From the sequence record LR535910.1: a DNA stretch of 64,000 nt; one strand, written 5' to 3'. The notes beneath the pieces are model-generated. The model had not been told where the DNA came from, did not search any database, and worked only from the letters and a program-made list of their open reading frames with translations. Shown here piece by piece: positions 62,979-64,000 of the stretch (within the stretch, counting starts at the first letter, position 1; each line of letters begins with the position of its first letter). A program made the position numbers and the translations under genes.

Positions 62979-63003
62979 TTTTCAGACAGATGTTATAACG
63001 TGA
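62979..63003 (+). promoter_or_regulatory. Putative early phage promoter motif (copy 5 of 5)
   Basis: TTTTCAGACAGATGTTATAACGTGA, intergenic. Confidence 0.5.
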
Positions 63004-63099
63004 GATGACGACCCATCTCACTTTGGCCCTGCGGTGATTTCCCCAACACTTAGCCGCAGGGTCCTTTTTAATCGACTATTACTCGTAAGGATTAAGCAA

Positions 63100-63600
63100 A
63101 TGAACATGAACATTCTCGACGATACCCGTTCTTCTTTCTTTACTCAGATGAACGTTAACCCTGAACGTACCCGTGCCATTCTTTCTACTGGTTGGAAGTT
63201 GAAGTTGTTAGGCGAGTTAACCCTCAATCGCACCGACTGGCCAGCAGAAGCAACCGTATTGATTAACAGCATCCACAGCGAATGGTTAGATGCTACGTTG
63301 AATGCCCCACAGCTACGTCCGTACTATCGGATGCTTCATGCGGGTTATGAAGTATACCGCAAAGGTTGGTACGCCGCAGCCACTTATTGCAACACCCCTG
63401 AAGGTCGTGAAGACAACACCGTCGACCACGTATTAGTGAATAACTTCTGGGGCGACCAAATTGAAGTCTTACAACTCTCTACCGGTGACCGTATTCCGGC
63501 CTGTGAGTTATTCGAAACTAACGCACAAATGTACGAACCGTATGCAATGATTCGTGGCCGTAAGGTCCCAATCATTTCCCTTATGCATATGGGGCTGTAA
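63100..63600 (+). CDS. Hypothetical protein (start reassigned to ATG 63100)
   Basis: AAGGA RBS; terminator follows. Confidence 0.7.
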   Translation: MNMNILDDTRSSFFTQMNVNPERTRAILSTGWKLKLLGELTLNRTDWPAEATVLINSIHSEWLDATLNAPQLRPYYRMLHAGYEVYRKGWYAAATYCNTPEGREDNTVDHVLVNNFWGDQIEVLQLSTGDRIPACELFETNAQMYEPYAMIRGRKVPIISLMHMGL

Positions 63601-63607
63601 ATACGAG

Positions 63608-63636
63608 AGGTAGCCTACGGGCTACCTTCTTTTTTT
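63608..63636 (+). terminator. Rho-independent terminator
   Basis: GGTAGCC-TACG-GGCTACC followed by TTCTTTTTTT. Confidence 0.85.
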
Positions 63637-63654
63637 GTTGAAGAAGGATTAAAC

Positions 63655-64000
63655 ATGAACGAGATTACCCTGATTCGTTTCATCGACGACATGGTGACGT
63701 GTCAGAAAGCGAATCGTCAGGATACCAAACTGCGTATCAATCTGATGGAAGAAGAAGTCGAAGGGTTTCTGGAATACCCGCGATTGGTGAAGTGGTTTAA
63801 AGAAGCACTGCCGCGTAGCTGGGAACAGCTCGAAGCGTGGTTTGCTCTACCTATTGCAGAACGTAACCCTAACAATACGATCTTTACCGGAACCACTGCA
63901 TTAGATTTGGCTGGTTCGGTGGAGCAACCTAAACGTTTGGTTTTCTTCTACGTCAATGGCGATTCAATAATGGCTGATACAGTTAACTGGATTTCTGATG
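63655..64000 (+). CDS. Hypothetical protein, 3' truncated by the window edge (not in ORF track)
   Basis: AAGGA RBS, ATG 63655, open to the end (MNEITLIRFIDDMVTCQKANRQ...). Confidence 0.7.
   Translation, partial: MNEITLIRFIDDMVTCQKANRQDTKLRINLMEEEVEGFLEYPRLVKWFKEALPRSWEQLEAWFALPIAERNPNNTIFTGTTALDLAGSVEQPKRLVFFYVNGDSIMADTVNWISD

Noticed and set aside
1-64000. tRNA, rRNA, integrase, transposase, intron or intein
   Set aside because: No cloverleaf with T-loop and CCA, no recombinase or homing endonuclease motifs, and no split conserved gene recognised by eye; tRNAscan-SE and Infernal would be needed to exclude RNA genes formally.
1-64000. Alternative genetic code (stop codon reassignment)
   Set aside because: Coding density is high under the standard code and all three stops end genes; only the single TAA at 30821 looks anomalous.

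Overview
This 64-kb window is from a jumbo myophage of the phiKZ-related (Chimalliviridae-like) group, most likely infecting enterobacteria. The three giant fibre genes (about 1727, 1376 and 1237 aa) recall Salmonella phage SPN3US; that is recollection and inference, not a search result. Layout: (i) 1-10.7 kb, small hypothetical early genes behind a repeated CAGA-N-A-N-AT-N-T-N-A...GTGA promoter-like motif, interrupted by a three-gene virion module ending in a 1005-aa protein with GH8-like catalytic motifs; (ii) 10.9-30.9 kb, an array of paralogous virion proteins: seven single-module paralogues, a three-gene cassette repeated three times, a decayed relic gene, and a 725-aa protein carrying a T2/S16 gp38-like polyglycine adhesin domain; (iii) 30.9-34.2 kb, a GH108 muramidase, three tiny ORFs, DUF1353, an M15 peptidase and a lipoprotein; (iv) 34.3-54.1 kb, a minus-strand tail-fibre operon; (v) 54-64 kb, a central spike with an HxH tip, a signal-less DUF1471 protein, early hypotheticals, an ART-like protein and four exported Cys-containing paralogues. 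The top candidate for an undescribed system lies at the distal end of the fibre operon: three leader-bearing Cys-X3-repeat peptides (21, 20 and 4 Cys), two radical SAM enzymes (one with SPASM-type Cys motifs), two unknown proteins and a DUF4376 fibre-assembly-type protein. This looks like a RiPP-type maturation system that may build a post-translationally crosslinked virion fibre component. No tRNA, rRNA, CRISPR array, integrase or transposase was recognised. All family calls are from visual motif recognition and need HMM or structure confirmation.
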